A stretch of DNA of 64,000 nucleotides from Nitriliruptoraceae bacterium (GTDB taxonomy: Bacteria; Actinomycetota; Nitriliruptoria; Nitriliruptorales; Nitriliruptoraceae), in assembly GCA_040904745.1 (NCBI GenBank), contig JBBDSW010000186.1, positions 133 to 64,132 of the forward strand, given 5' to 3'. Below are positions 27,109 through 34,808 of this stretch, piece after piece. The notes below the pieces were generated by a model. It was not told the DNA's origin. It saw only the letters and a program-made list of their open reading frames with translations, and made no database searches. The position numbers were made by a program, and so were the translations under genes. Position 1 is the stretch's first letter. Each line of letters starts with the position of its first letter.

Positions 27109-28373
27109 CCGTCCGCCGTCCAGGCCTCGGCACGGCGCTGGACCTGGGCCATCGCTTCGGCCGCCGTCGCGCGCCCGGCGAGTGCGGCCTCGAGCGCGTC
27201 ACCGAAGGCGATGGCGAGCTCGGGATAGGCGATCAGGGGCATGATCTCCGCATGCTCGAGCTGGCGGACGAAGGCCGCGAGGTCCGGCGACGACTCGAAC
27301 AGCGGGTCGTCGTAGGCGTCGACGCGGGCCGGCAGACGCCCCTCCTGTTCCACCAGGGCCAGTCCGACATCGCGCTCGGTGAGCGCCAGCATCAGCTCGA
27401 AGGCGAGCTCGGGGTGCTCGGAGCCCTTCGGCAGGAACAGGCTCGAGCCGCCGAGGACGGTGCGGGGATCGTCGGGATCGGCCTGGGGCAGCGGGAGGAC
27501 CGCGACATCCTCGGTCTCTACGGCGGCAGGGTCCACCCGCCGGGTCAGGGGCAGATCCCAGGAACCGGAGGCGTGCAGTGGTGCACGGCCTTCGGCGAAG
27601 GCGGCCACGGCGTCCAGGGCCAGGTCGGGCGCCGATGGTGGCGGGGCATCCCCCACCTCGACCAGCTCGACCAGGTTCGCCACCGCCCCGACCGTTGCCG
27701 GATCATCGAAGGTGAAGGTCGGCCTGCTCTCCTCGTCGAGCACCAACTCACCGTCAGGACCGGTCTCCAACAGCTGTCCACCGCCGGCGACGATCCAGCC
27801 GTAGGCCGACCAGCTGCTGGCCGTGATCGCGATGGCGTGATCGGACCCTTCCAGATCGGCGAGGGCAGCCGCGTGCTCGGCGAGATCGTCGATCTCGGCC
27901 AGATCGTCCTCGGTCAGCTCCGCCGCGGCCAGCTGGTTCCGGTTGGCCATCAGGACCATGGCGTTGACATCGAGGGGTACGCCGTAACGCCGACCATCCC
28001 AGGTGACGTCGCGGACCGCTCCGGGCAGGTACATCTCCTCGGTGAGGCCGGCGGATGCCCACAGGTCGTCGATCCCCCGGGCGAACCCCCCGGCGGCGGC
28101 GGCGAAGGCGTGCCAGTGAGCGAGGTCGTACGGCTGGTCGAGCTCGTCGGCGGCGGTCACCAGCTCCGGGATCTGGGAGAACGGTGATCCGTGCACCTGG
28201 ACCCGTAGTCCGGGATGTTCACGCTCGAACGCATCGATGACCTCGCCCACCACCGGCGCGGACGCCCAATCGTCGGCCATGACGACACGCAGCGTCGTCT
28301 GCTCGACGCTCGCGGCACCGGTGGTGCAGCCGATCAGCAGCACCGCCAGTGCAGCGAGCAGCGTCCGGCGCAT
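27105..28373 (-). CDS. extracellular solute-binding lipoprotein (ABC family-1 type SBP)
   Basis: Signal peptide with lipobox LLIGCT. SBP_bac_1-like body. The stop overlaps the kinase start (ATGA). Confidence 0.8.
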   Translation of the reverse strand: MRRTLLAALAVLLIGCTTGAASVEQTTLRVVMADDWASAPVVGEVIDAFEREHPGLRVQVHGSPFSQIPELVTAADELDQPYDLAHWHAFAAAAGGFARGIDDLWASAGLTEEMYLPGAVRDVTWDGRRYGVPLDVNAMVLMANRNQLAAAELTEDDLAEIDDLAEHAAALADLEGSDHAIAITASSWSAYGWIVAGGGQLLETGPDGELVLDEESRPTFTFDDPATVGAVANLVELVEVGDAPPPSAPDLALDAVAAFAEGRAPLHASGSWDLPLTRRVDPAAVETEDVAVLPLPQADPDDPRTVLGGSSLFLPKGSEHPELAFELMLALTERDVGLALVEQEGRLPARVDAYDDPLFESSPDLAAFVRQLEHAEIMPLIAYPELAIAFGDALEAALAGRATAAEAMAQVQRRAEAWTADG

Positions 28374-28493
28374 AGGTGGAGGTCTCCCGGCTCCGCGTCG
28401 GTCGGTGGAACGAGGGTCGCGCGGACCGACCGGGCATGGTAGGCCAGCAGAGGAGCTTCCCGCGTGTCTCGGTGAGCGGGAGGGAACCGAAGC

Positions 28494-28589
28494 TCAGCCG
28501 GACAACAGCCACCATCCCACGGCCACGGTCATGCCGAGACCGATCAGGAACGCGGTACCGAGCACGACGAGCACTCGTGGTCCGGTCAC
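28494..28589 (-). CDS. possible 31-aa single-TM peptide
   Basis: GTG lies 6 nt after AGGAGAGGA. Translation: MTGPRVLVVLGTAFLIGLGMTVAVGWWLLSG. It is below the ORF-track length cutoff and sits 120 nt upstream of the SBP gene on the same strand. Confidence 0.3.
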   Translation of the reverse strand: MTGPRVLVVLGTAFLIGLGMTVAVGWWLLSG

Positions 28590-28699
28590 GGTCCGTCCTC
28601 TCCTGCATCGGGCCCCGAGGATGCGGGGTGAGCCTAGTCATCCCCACCGCGCGACACTCACCGGGCGCTACCGTCCCCGTCGGACGACGATGACGGAGG

Positions 28700-29503
28700 G
28701 TGGTGATGGGGCGAGGCGGCGCACCCGCGGGCGGGCCCAACACCCCGGCGCCGGATGAACCCCTGCCCGGCGAGTGGCACCGCAAGGCCACGCTGCGCGA
28801 CGGTCGCCCGATACTGCTGCGATCGATCCGCCCCTCCGATCGACAGCGCCTGGCCGAGGGGATCCGCCGTCTGTCGCCGGCCTCCCGCTACCTGCGGTTC
28901 CACGCGCCGGTCGAGCAGCTGTCCGCGACCCAGCTCGACTACCTCACCGATGTCGACCATCACGATCACGAGGCGATCGTCGCCCTCGACCTGACCGCCA
29001 TCGAAGAGCCCGGGGTCGGCGTCGCACGCTACATCCGAGAGATCTACGAACCGGATGTCGCCGAGGCGGCGATCACCGTCGCGGACACCTACCACGGACA
29101 GGGCGCGGGCACCCTGCTCCTTGGCGCGCTCGCCTCGCGGGCCCGCGAGGCCGGCATCGAGGTGTTCCGGAACTACGTGCTCGACGGCAACCACGCCATG
29201 TTGGAGGTCTTCGACCATCTCGGGGCCCACCGGGAGCGCGAAGCCGACGGTCTGTGGCGGGTGGACCTGAAGGTGCCCGAGGACGAGGACGACGTCCCGT
29301 CCTCCGGCGCTGGTCGCGCGTTCCTGGAGGCGGCACGGTCCGACCGCATGCTGGCCAGCGTGCTCCCACCGATCTGGAGCCGCTGGCGCAGCCGCTTGCG
29401 GGGTGAGGAGGACGACCGCGATCTCGACGCGCTCATCGCCGAGGAGCTGGAACAGTCGCAGCGCGAACTCGACGAGTGGCTGGCGCATCGGGACGGACGA
29501 TGA
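28700..29503 (+). CDS. GNAT family N-acetyltransferase, Pat/YfiQ-type GNAT domain
   Basis: LRSIRPSDRQRLAEGIRRLSPASRYLRFHAPVEQLSATQLDYLTDVDHHDHEAIVAL...YHGQGAGTLLL resembles the GNAT domain of protein lysine acetyltransferases. Alternative ATG at 28706. Confidence 0.8.
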   Translation: MVMGRGGAPAGGPNTPAPDEPLPGEWHRKATLRDGRPILLRSIRPSDRQRLAEGIRRLSPASRYLRFHAPVEQLSATQLDYLTDVDHHDHEAIVALDLTAIEEPGVGVARYIREIYEPDVAEAAITVADTYHGQGAGTLLLGALASRAREAGIEVFRNYVLDGNHAMLEVFDHLGAHREREADGLWRVDLKVPEDEDDVPSSGAGRAFLEAARSDRMLASVLPPIWSRWRSRLRGEEDDRDLDALIAEELEQSQRELDEWLAHRDGR

Positions 29504-30198
29504 GACGCCCGTCAGCCACTGCCCGGCAGGGGAGCCGGGAGCACCGTCCAGCCGCCGGTGGACCCCGACGAGCCCACCACCATCGCGCCGAGTTGCGCCG
29601 TCGCCTCCCCCGCCTGCTGTTCGGCCTGGTGCTGTGCGGCCTCGGCATCGCCTCGATGGTCGCCGCAGACCTCGGTCTCGGTCCGTGGGACGTCCTCCAT
29701 CAGGGCCTGTCCCGCCTCAGCGGCATCCCCATCGGGACCGTCGGCATCCTCGTCGGCCTCGGTGTGCTCGGCGCGTGGCTGCCGCTGCGGGAGCGACCCG
29801 GGCTCGGCACGGTCCTGAACGTGATCGTGATCGGTGTCGTCATCGACGTGACGCTGCTCTTCCTGAGCACGCCACAGGCATGGTGGTTCCGTGCGGCCAT
29901 GATGCTCGCCGGCCCGGTCCTCTTCGCGGTGGGATCCGGCTTCTACATCGGCGCTGGCCTCGGTGCCGGACCGCGGGACGGGGTCATGACCGGGCTGGCC
30001 CGACGGGGGGTTCCGGTCGGCCTGGCCCGCGCCGCGATCGAGCTGACGGTCCTGGTGGCCGGCTGGACGCTCGGCGGGACCGTCGGTGCCGGGACGGTCG
30101 TGTTCGCGTTGGGCATCGGCCCGTTGGTGCACCTGTTCCTGCCGAGACTCGCTCTGCCGGACACCCCCGAGCCGGCACCGGGCGACCGAGGGCGGTGA
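29500..30198 (+). CDS. YczE/YitT-like integral membrane protein
   Basis: GLGPWDVLHQGLS, multiple TM segments, GAGPRDGVMTGL. ATG 29500 overlaps the GNAT stop (ATGA). Confidence 0.7.
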   Translation: MRRPSATARQGSREHRPAAGGPRRAHHHRAELRRRLPRLLFGLVLCGLGIASMVAADLGLGPWDVLHQGLSRLSGIPIGTVGILVGLGVLGAWLPLRERPGLGTVLNVIVIGVVIDVTLLFLSTPQAWWFRAAMMLAGPVLFAVGSGFYIGAGLGAGPRDGVMTGLARRGVPVGLARAAIELTVLVAGWTLGGTVGAGTVVFALGIGPLVHLFLPRLALPDTPEPAPGDRGR

Positions 30199-30219
30199 GC
30201 CGCCCAGCGGATCAGCCGA

Positions 30220-31677
30220 TCAGCACACGGGGCTGATCGTCGGCCAGGGGTTGACCCAGCTCCCACCGCTGCGGCGGCCGAGGTGGAGGTGGGGAGGGGT
30301 GCCGCGGGCGTTACCGGTGGTCCCGACCGTGCCGATCGTCTGCCCGGCCGCGACCGAGGCCCCGGGTGCGATGCCGGAGGCGACCGAGTCGAGGTGCGCG
30401 TTGTACCACTCGCTGCCATCGGCGGTCCGGTAGGTCACGGTGATCCCGCCCAGCGATGTCGGAGCGGACGGCGGGTTCCAACGCACGATCGTGGCGTCGT
30501 GGACCGCGACGACCGCCGTCCCACGACGGGCGAAGATGTCGTTGCCCTGGTGGTAGCGGCCACCGGAACGCGGGTATCCCCAGTCGTTGCTGAAGTCACG
30601 TCCCGCCACGGCCCCCTGGACCGGGCAGACGATCCCGGAGATGCCGGGACCTCCACCGGCACCGGGGGTCGACAGCCGCCCGCCGCCGGAGGACCCGCTG
30701 CCGCCGGCGGCCGCAGCAGCCTCACGCGCCTTGCGACGTTCCTCCTCGCGTTGGGCAGCCTCCTCAGCAGCCCGGGCGCGTGCCAGATCGTCACGGAGCT
30801 CGTCCGTGCGGGACTCGACGCTGGCCAGGAGCACCGACGCGTCGGCCTCCTCGCTCTCGAGTCCCCCGATCAGGACCCGCTGGGCCTCCTCGTCGGCGGC
30901 GACCTCGGCAGCCAGGGTGGCTGCCTCCTCGCGCAGCTCCTCGACGACCACCAGCGTGTCGGCCGCCTCCGCCTCGGCCTGGAGGGCTTCGCTGCGGGCG
31001 GACGCGGCTTCCTCGGCCCGCTCCTGGCGCGCCTTGCGGAGCCCGAAGACCCGCTGCACGGTGGCGTCCTGGACGTCCACGACCGTCTCCAGCTGCTTCA
31101 TCCCCACCGAGAACTCGTTGGGATCCTCGGCGCGCCGAAGCATCTCCAGCGCGATGGCTCCGGCCTGGGCGCCGCTCGAACCGTGTTTGAAGGTGTGGAC
31201 GAGTTGCTCGGCCAGGCGTCGTTCCTGCTCGGCCAGTTCCTCCTCGGCCTCGGTCAGGAGCTCCTCCGACCGCTCGTGCGCGGCGATCGCCTCGTCGCGC
31301 CGCTCCTCGGCCTCGGCCAGGGCGGCCTCGGCCAGATCGACCTGGCCCTCCGCAGCGACCAGCCGGTCACGCGCATCCGCCAGGCGGGCGCCGATCTGAG
31401 CCAGTTCCTCCTCGGCTGCCGTCAGGTCCGAGCGCACCGAACCGAGCTCATCGGCGATCCGATCCCGCTCGCGCTGCTGTTCGGCGAACTCGCGTTCCAG
31501 CTCCGCGCTCGATCGCTCCTGTGCCAGCCCGGCGGACAGCGTCGCACTCGGAGCGAGCAGCGGGACCGCGAGGAGCAGCGCCAGACCGATCGCGAGCAAC
31601 GCCCGGCACGGGTGGACGCCCGGCGTCACCCGTCGTTCGCGCTCACCTGTGTGTCTCGGCACCCGCCTCCACCGCAC
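30220..31677 (-). CDS. M23 family metallopeptidase with long N-terminal coiled coil
   Basis: C-terminal YHQGNDIF (HxxxD) and PPHLHLG (HxH). An Ala/Glu/Arg-rich coiled-coil region of about 300 aa follows a signal/TM segment. Start uncertain. Confidence 0.85.
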   Translation of the reverse strand: MRWRRVPRHTGERERRVTPGVHPCRALLAIGLALLLAVPLLAPSATLSAGLAQERSSAELEREFAEQQRERDRIADELGSVRSDLTAAEEELAQIGARLADARDRLVAAEGQVDLAEAALAEAEERRDEAIAAHERSEELLTEAEEELAEQERRLAEQLVHTFKHGSSGAQAGAIALEMLRRAEDPNEFSVGMKQLETVVDVQDATVQRVFGLRKARQERAEEAASARSEALQAEAEAADTLVVVEELREEAATLAAEVAADEEAQRVLIGGLESEEADASVLLASVESRTDELRDDLARARAAEEAAQREEERRKAREAAAAAGGSGSSGGGRLSTPGAGGGPGISGIVCPVQGAVAGRDFSNDWGYPRSGGRYHQGNDIFARRGTAVVAVHDATIVRWNPPSAPTSLGGITVTYRTADGSEWYNAHLDSVASGIAPGASVAAGQTIGTVGTTGNARGTPPHLHLGRRSGGSWVNPWPTISPVC

Positions 31678-31883
31678 CCGTCATCGCCGCCGTCACTCCT
31701 GTGTGTACCTGAGTGTGGCGCATGATGCCAGTGTTGCTGTTGTCATGAGCGCTCACAACCGCGTCGCGACCCGGCGGTACGGACGGCACACACCGACACG
31801 GCTACCCCCGCACGCCGTCGTATCGACCGACCCGGCGCCGACCTTCATCCGGGACCGGACCGTACCGGCGGCGACGCCCGAGG

Positions 31884-31910
31884 AACCCGCTGTGCGGGAA
31901 CGATCTGCAC
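31884..31910. repeat. 27-nt motif copy 1, containing palindrome CCCGC-TGT-GCGGG
   Basis: AACCCGCTGTGCGGGAACGATCTGCAC, in the divergent intergenic region between the M23 and AtuA genes. Confidence 0.7.
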
Positions 31911-31934
31911 TCCCAGGCCGGGGAGCTCCCGCGC

Positions 31935-31961
31935 AACCCGCTGTGCGGGAACGGATCGCAC
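31935..31961. repeat. 27-nt motif copy 2
   Basis: AACCCGCTGTGCGGGAACGGATCGCAC. The first 19 nt are identical to copy 1. Start-to-start spacing is 51 nt. Confidence 0.7.
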
Positions 31962-32049
31962 CCCACCGGCGGGCACTCGCCACCGGCCAGCCCCAAGGCT
32001 CCCACTACCGTCGCCCGCGACAGGACGACCGTCCACGTCGGAGGCTCCA

Positions 32050-33879
32050 GTGGCAGAGGACGAGGTGCTGCGGGTCGGCGGCGGCTCCGGCTTCTACGGC
32101 GACCGGTTCGAGGCGATGGCGGAGCTGGTCGAGGGTGGACCGCTGGATGTGCTCACCGGGGACTACCTCGCCGAGCTCACGATGCTGATCCTGTGGCGTA
32201 CCCGCCGGAAGGACCCGCATGCCGGGTACGCGCGCTCGTTCCTCCGCCAGGCACGCGAGCTCCTCGTTCCCTGCCTCGACCGCGGCATCCGTATCGTCGT
32301 GAACGCCGGCGGGCTCAACCCGTCCGGCCTCGCGGATGCCCTCGGCCAGCTGGCTGGCGAGCTCGGCCGAGCTCCCCGCATCGCCCAGGTCGCCGGGGAC
32401 GATCTCCTCCCGCGCCTCGACGAGCTCACCGCCGCCGGCCACGCGCCGGTGCACGCGGCGACGGGGGCGCCGCTCGCTGCGCTGGCGACCCCACCGATCA
32501 CGGCGAACGCCTACCTCGGTGCTGCGGGCATCGCCCGGGCGCTGTCCGCCGGGGCCGACGTGGTCATCACCGGACGGGTCACGGATGCGAGCCTCACGGT
32601 CGGGCCCGCGATGTGGCGTTTCGGCTGGCGGCGCGACGACCACGACCGGATCGCCGGAGCCATGGTCGCCGGCCACGTGATCGAGTGCGGTGCCCAGGCG
32701 ACCGGCGGGAACTACGCCTTCTTCACCGAGGTGGCGGGGCTCGAGCACGTCGGGTTCCCGATCGCCGAGCTCCACGCCGACGGGTCGTCGGTCATCACCA
32801 AGCACGACGGGACGGGCGGCATCGTCTCCGTGGGCACGGTCACCGCACAACTGCTCTACGAGGTGGAGGGGCCCCGCTACCTCGGCCCCGACGCCGTCGC
32901 ACGCCTGGATCACGTCCAGCTGACCGTCGACGGCGACGATCGGGTCCGCATCTCGAACGTGCGCGGCGAGCCACCCCCGATGACGCGCAAGGTCGCGGTG
33001 AACACGCTCGGTGGCTTCCGCAACCAGGCCACCTTCCTCCTGACCGGCCTCGACATCGAGGCCAAGGCCGACCTCGTCCGACGCCAGCTCGCCCGCCGCG
33101 TCGATCTGGATGCCCTGGACCGGGTCGACGTGCAGCTCGTCCGCTCGGATCAGCCGGACGCCCCGACCAACGCCCAGGCGATCGCCACCATGACGATCAC
33201 CGTCGAGCACCACGATCCCGAGACGATCTCCCGGAGACGGTTCGGCGACGCCTGCGTCGCGCTCGCGCTCGCCAGCTACCCGGGCTTCGCACTGACCGCG
33301 CCTCCACGGGATGCGGAGCCGTTCGGGCGGTACTGGCCCGGGCTGATCGCGGCAGCGCGGACCCCGGAACGTGTCACGCTGCCGGACGGGCGGGTCGAGG
33401 AGGTACCGGCGCCGGCTCCCCACCGCGGGTCCCGCAGCGAGCCCACCCTCGATCCACCCGCTCCGCCGGATCCGGGATCGCTGCCCTCGGTGCCGTCGGG
33501 GCCGCGTCTTCCACGCCCCCTGGGGCTGCTCGCCGGAGCGCGCTCCGGGGACAAGGGTGGGGACGCGAACGTCGGCCTGTGGGTCCGTGACCCGTCCCAG
33601 CTTGGTTGGCTCGTCGAGGTCGCCGGAGACCCGGAGGCCGCGAGAACCCTGCTGCCCGAGGCCGCAGGGCTCGACATCGAGGTCCACGTCCTCCCGCGGC
33701 TGTCCGCGGTGAACATCGTCGTGCGGGGCCTGTTGGGCGAGGGTGTCGCCTCGGCGGTGCGGGTGGATCCGCAGGCCAAGGGCCTCGGGGAGTACCTGCG
33801 CTCACGGATCGTCGACATCCCGTCGGTGTGGCTGCGCTCCTCCGACGAGGCGGGAGCTCACGCCGAGGCGGCGCGGTAG
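32050..33879 (+). CDS. acyclic terpene utilization AtuA family protein (DUF1446 plus C-terminal extension)
   Basis: GSGFYGDRFEAMAELVEGGPLDVLTGDYLAELTM, ANAYLGA, VITGRVTDASL, HVIECGAQATGGNY and C-terminal ARSGDKGGDANVG. GTG lies 5 nt after GGAGG. Confidence 0.8.
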   Translation: MAEDEVLRVGGGSGFYGDRFEAMAELVEGGPLDVLTGDYLAELTMLILWRTRRKDPHAGYARSFLRQARELLVPCLDRGIRIVVNAGGLNPSGLADALGQLAGELGRAPRIAQVAGDDLLPRLDELTAAGHAPVHAATGAPLAALATPPITANAYLGAAGIARALSAGADVVITGRVTDASLTVGPAMWRFGWRRDDHDRIAGAMVAGHVIECGAQATGGNYAFFTEVAGLEHVGFPIAELHADGSSVITKHDGTGGIVSVGTVTAQLLYEVEGPRYLGPDAVARLDHVQLTVDGDDRVRISNVRGEPPPMTRKVAVNTLGGFRNQATFLLTGLDIEAKADLVRRQLARRVDLDALDRVDVQLVRSDQPDAPTNAQAIATMTITVEHHDPETISRRRFGDACVALALASYPGFALTAPPRDAEPFGRYWPGLIAAARTPERVTLPDGRVEEVPAPAPHRGSRSEPTLDPPAPPDPGSLPSVPSGPRLPRPLGLLAGARSGDKGGDANVGLWVRDPSQLGWLVEVAGDPEAARTLLPEAAGLDIEVHVLPRLSAVNIVVRGLLGEGVASAVRVDPQAKGLGEYLRSRIVDIPSVWLRSSDEAGAHAEAAR

Positions 33880-34808
33880 CGGGTCCGGTCGCCGGAGCCG
33901 GTCCGGAGGACCGCACCGGTCTCGAAGAGCCGGTCCAGTTCGGCACGGACCGCCTCCTCGTCGCGCCCGAGCGCTTCGGCGAGTGCGGCGGCGGTCACGA
34001 CCCGGTGCGCCCGGAGCTCGGCCAGCAGGAGCTCCTCGTCGGCGGCTGCCGCACCGTCCCCCGCGGCCAGCCGCCAGGCTGCGGCGGCGGCGCGCTCGAT
34101 CAGCGCGGCGAACGGCTCCTCGTCGTCGATCCCCGGCGGCGGACCGAGCTGGCGGAGCAGAGCGGCCGGGTCCTCGACGGGTGCCGGATGCAGGACGATG
34201 GCATCGAGGTCGCCGCGGGCCGCGGTGAACCCCTCCGAGAGGTCCAGGGCGGTCGCCGCCCCCTCGTCCGCCTCGTCGCCCCGACGCAACGCCGCGAGCA
34301 GGTCCTCGCGGTCCCTTCCACGCAGGGTGAGCAGCAGCGTCGGGTCACGATCGATCTGCACGCTGGTCAGCGTGTGGACAGCGGCAACGTGGCGACAGAG
34401 CGCGGCCCGCTCGGGGCAGGTGCAGGTGAAGGTGAGCTCGTCCAGGGTCGGCAGCAGGGCCACCCCGGCCCCCTCCAAGGTCTCCACGAGCGCGGTGGTC
34501 AACTCACCCTCGAGCAGCGCGGCGATGAAGCGGAGCTCCCGCGCGAGCGCGCGCTCCGCAGCGGCCCACGCCGCCTCGCCAGGCATCACCCACCGGATCG
34601 TGACGGCGTAGGGCCTAGCACGCTCCTCCGTGACGCTCGCGCGCACCTCGCCCGGGACGACCAGGAGATCGTCCACGGCCCCCCGCCGAGCCAGCGCCTG
34701 GCCACGCTGGACCCGTTGGGCAGCGCCGGCTCCCGCGTCGTCGAGGAGCGAGAGCACCCGCTCGCCCCACCAGCGACGGACCTCGGTGCGTACGGCCGTC
34801 GAGCTCAT
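33858..34808 (-). CDS. SWIM zinc-finger protein
   Basis: CTCPERAALCRHVAAV is the CxC...CxH SWIM motif. The start overlaps the SNF2 helicase stop (ATGA). Confidence 0.8.
   Translation of the reverse strand: MSSTAVRTEVRRWWGERVLSLLDDAGAGAAQRVQRGQALARRGAVDDLLVVPGEVRASVTEERARPYAVTIRWVMPGEAAWAAAERALARELRFIAALLEGELTTALVETLEGAGVALLPTLDELTFTCTCPERAALCRHVAAVHTLTSVQIDRDPTLLLTLRGRDREDLLAALRRGDEADEGAATALDLSEGFTAARGDLDAIVLHPAPVEDPAALLRQLGPPPGIDDEEPFAALIERAAAAAWRLAAGDGAAAADEELLLAELRAHRVVTAAALAEALGRDEEAVRAELDRLFETGAVLRTGSGDRTRYRAASA

Noticed and set aside
31678-32049. ydaO/c-di-AMP riboswitch upstream of the M23 peptidase gene
   Set aside because: GGGGTGCGATCC superficially resembles GGGGUGAAUC. The rest of the consensus is absent, and the element is a simple tandem duplication of one hairpin. 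It is kept only as an unexplained repeat.
31649-32188. 179-aa ORF whose translation contains the repeated peptide PAVRERSAL / PAVRERIAP
   Set aside because: The peptide repeat is just the translation of the 27-nt DNA repeat. The ORF spans an intergenic region and the AtuA start, and has no RBS or domain. The repeat is reported at the DNA level instead.
32050-33879. AtuA protein as a novel fusion of DUF1446 with its small partner protein
   Set aside because: As far as I recall, the long form of about 600 aa is the classical AtuA architecture, so the C-terminal extension is probably normal.
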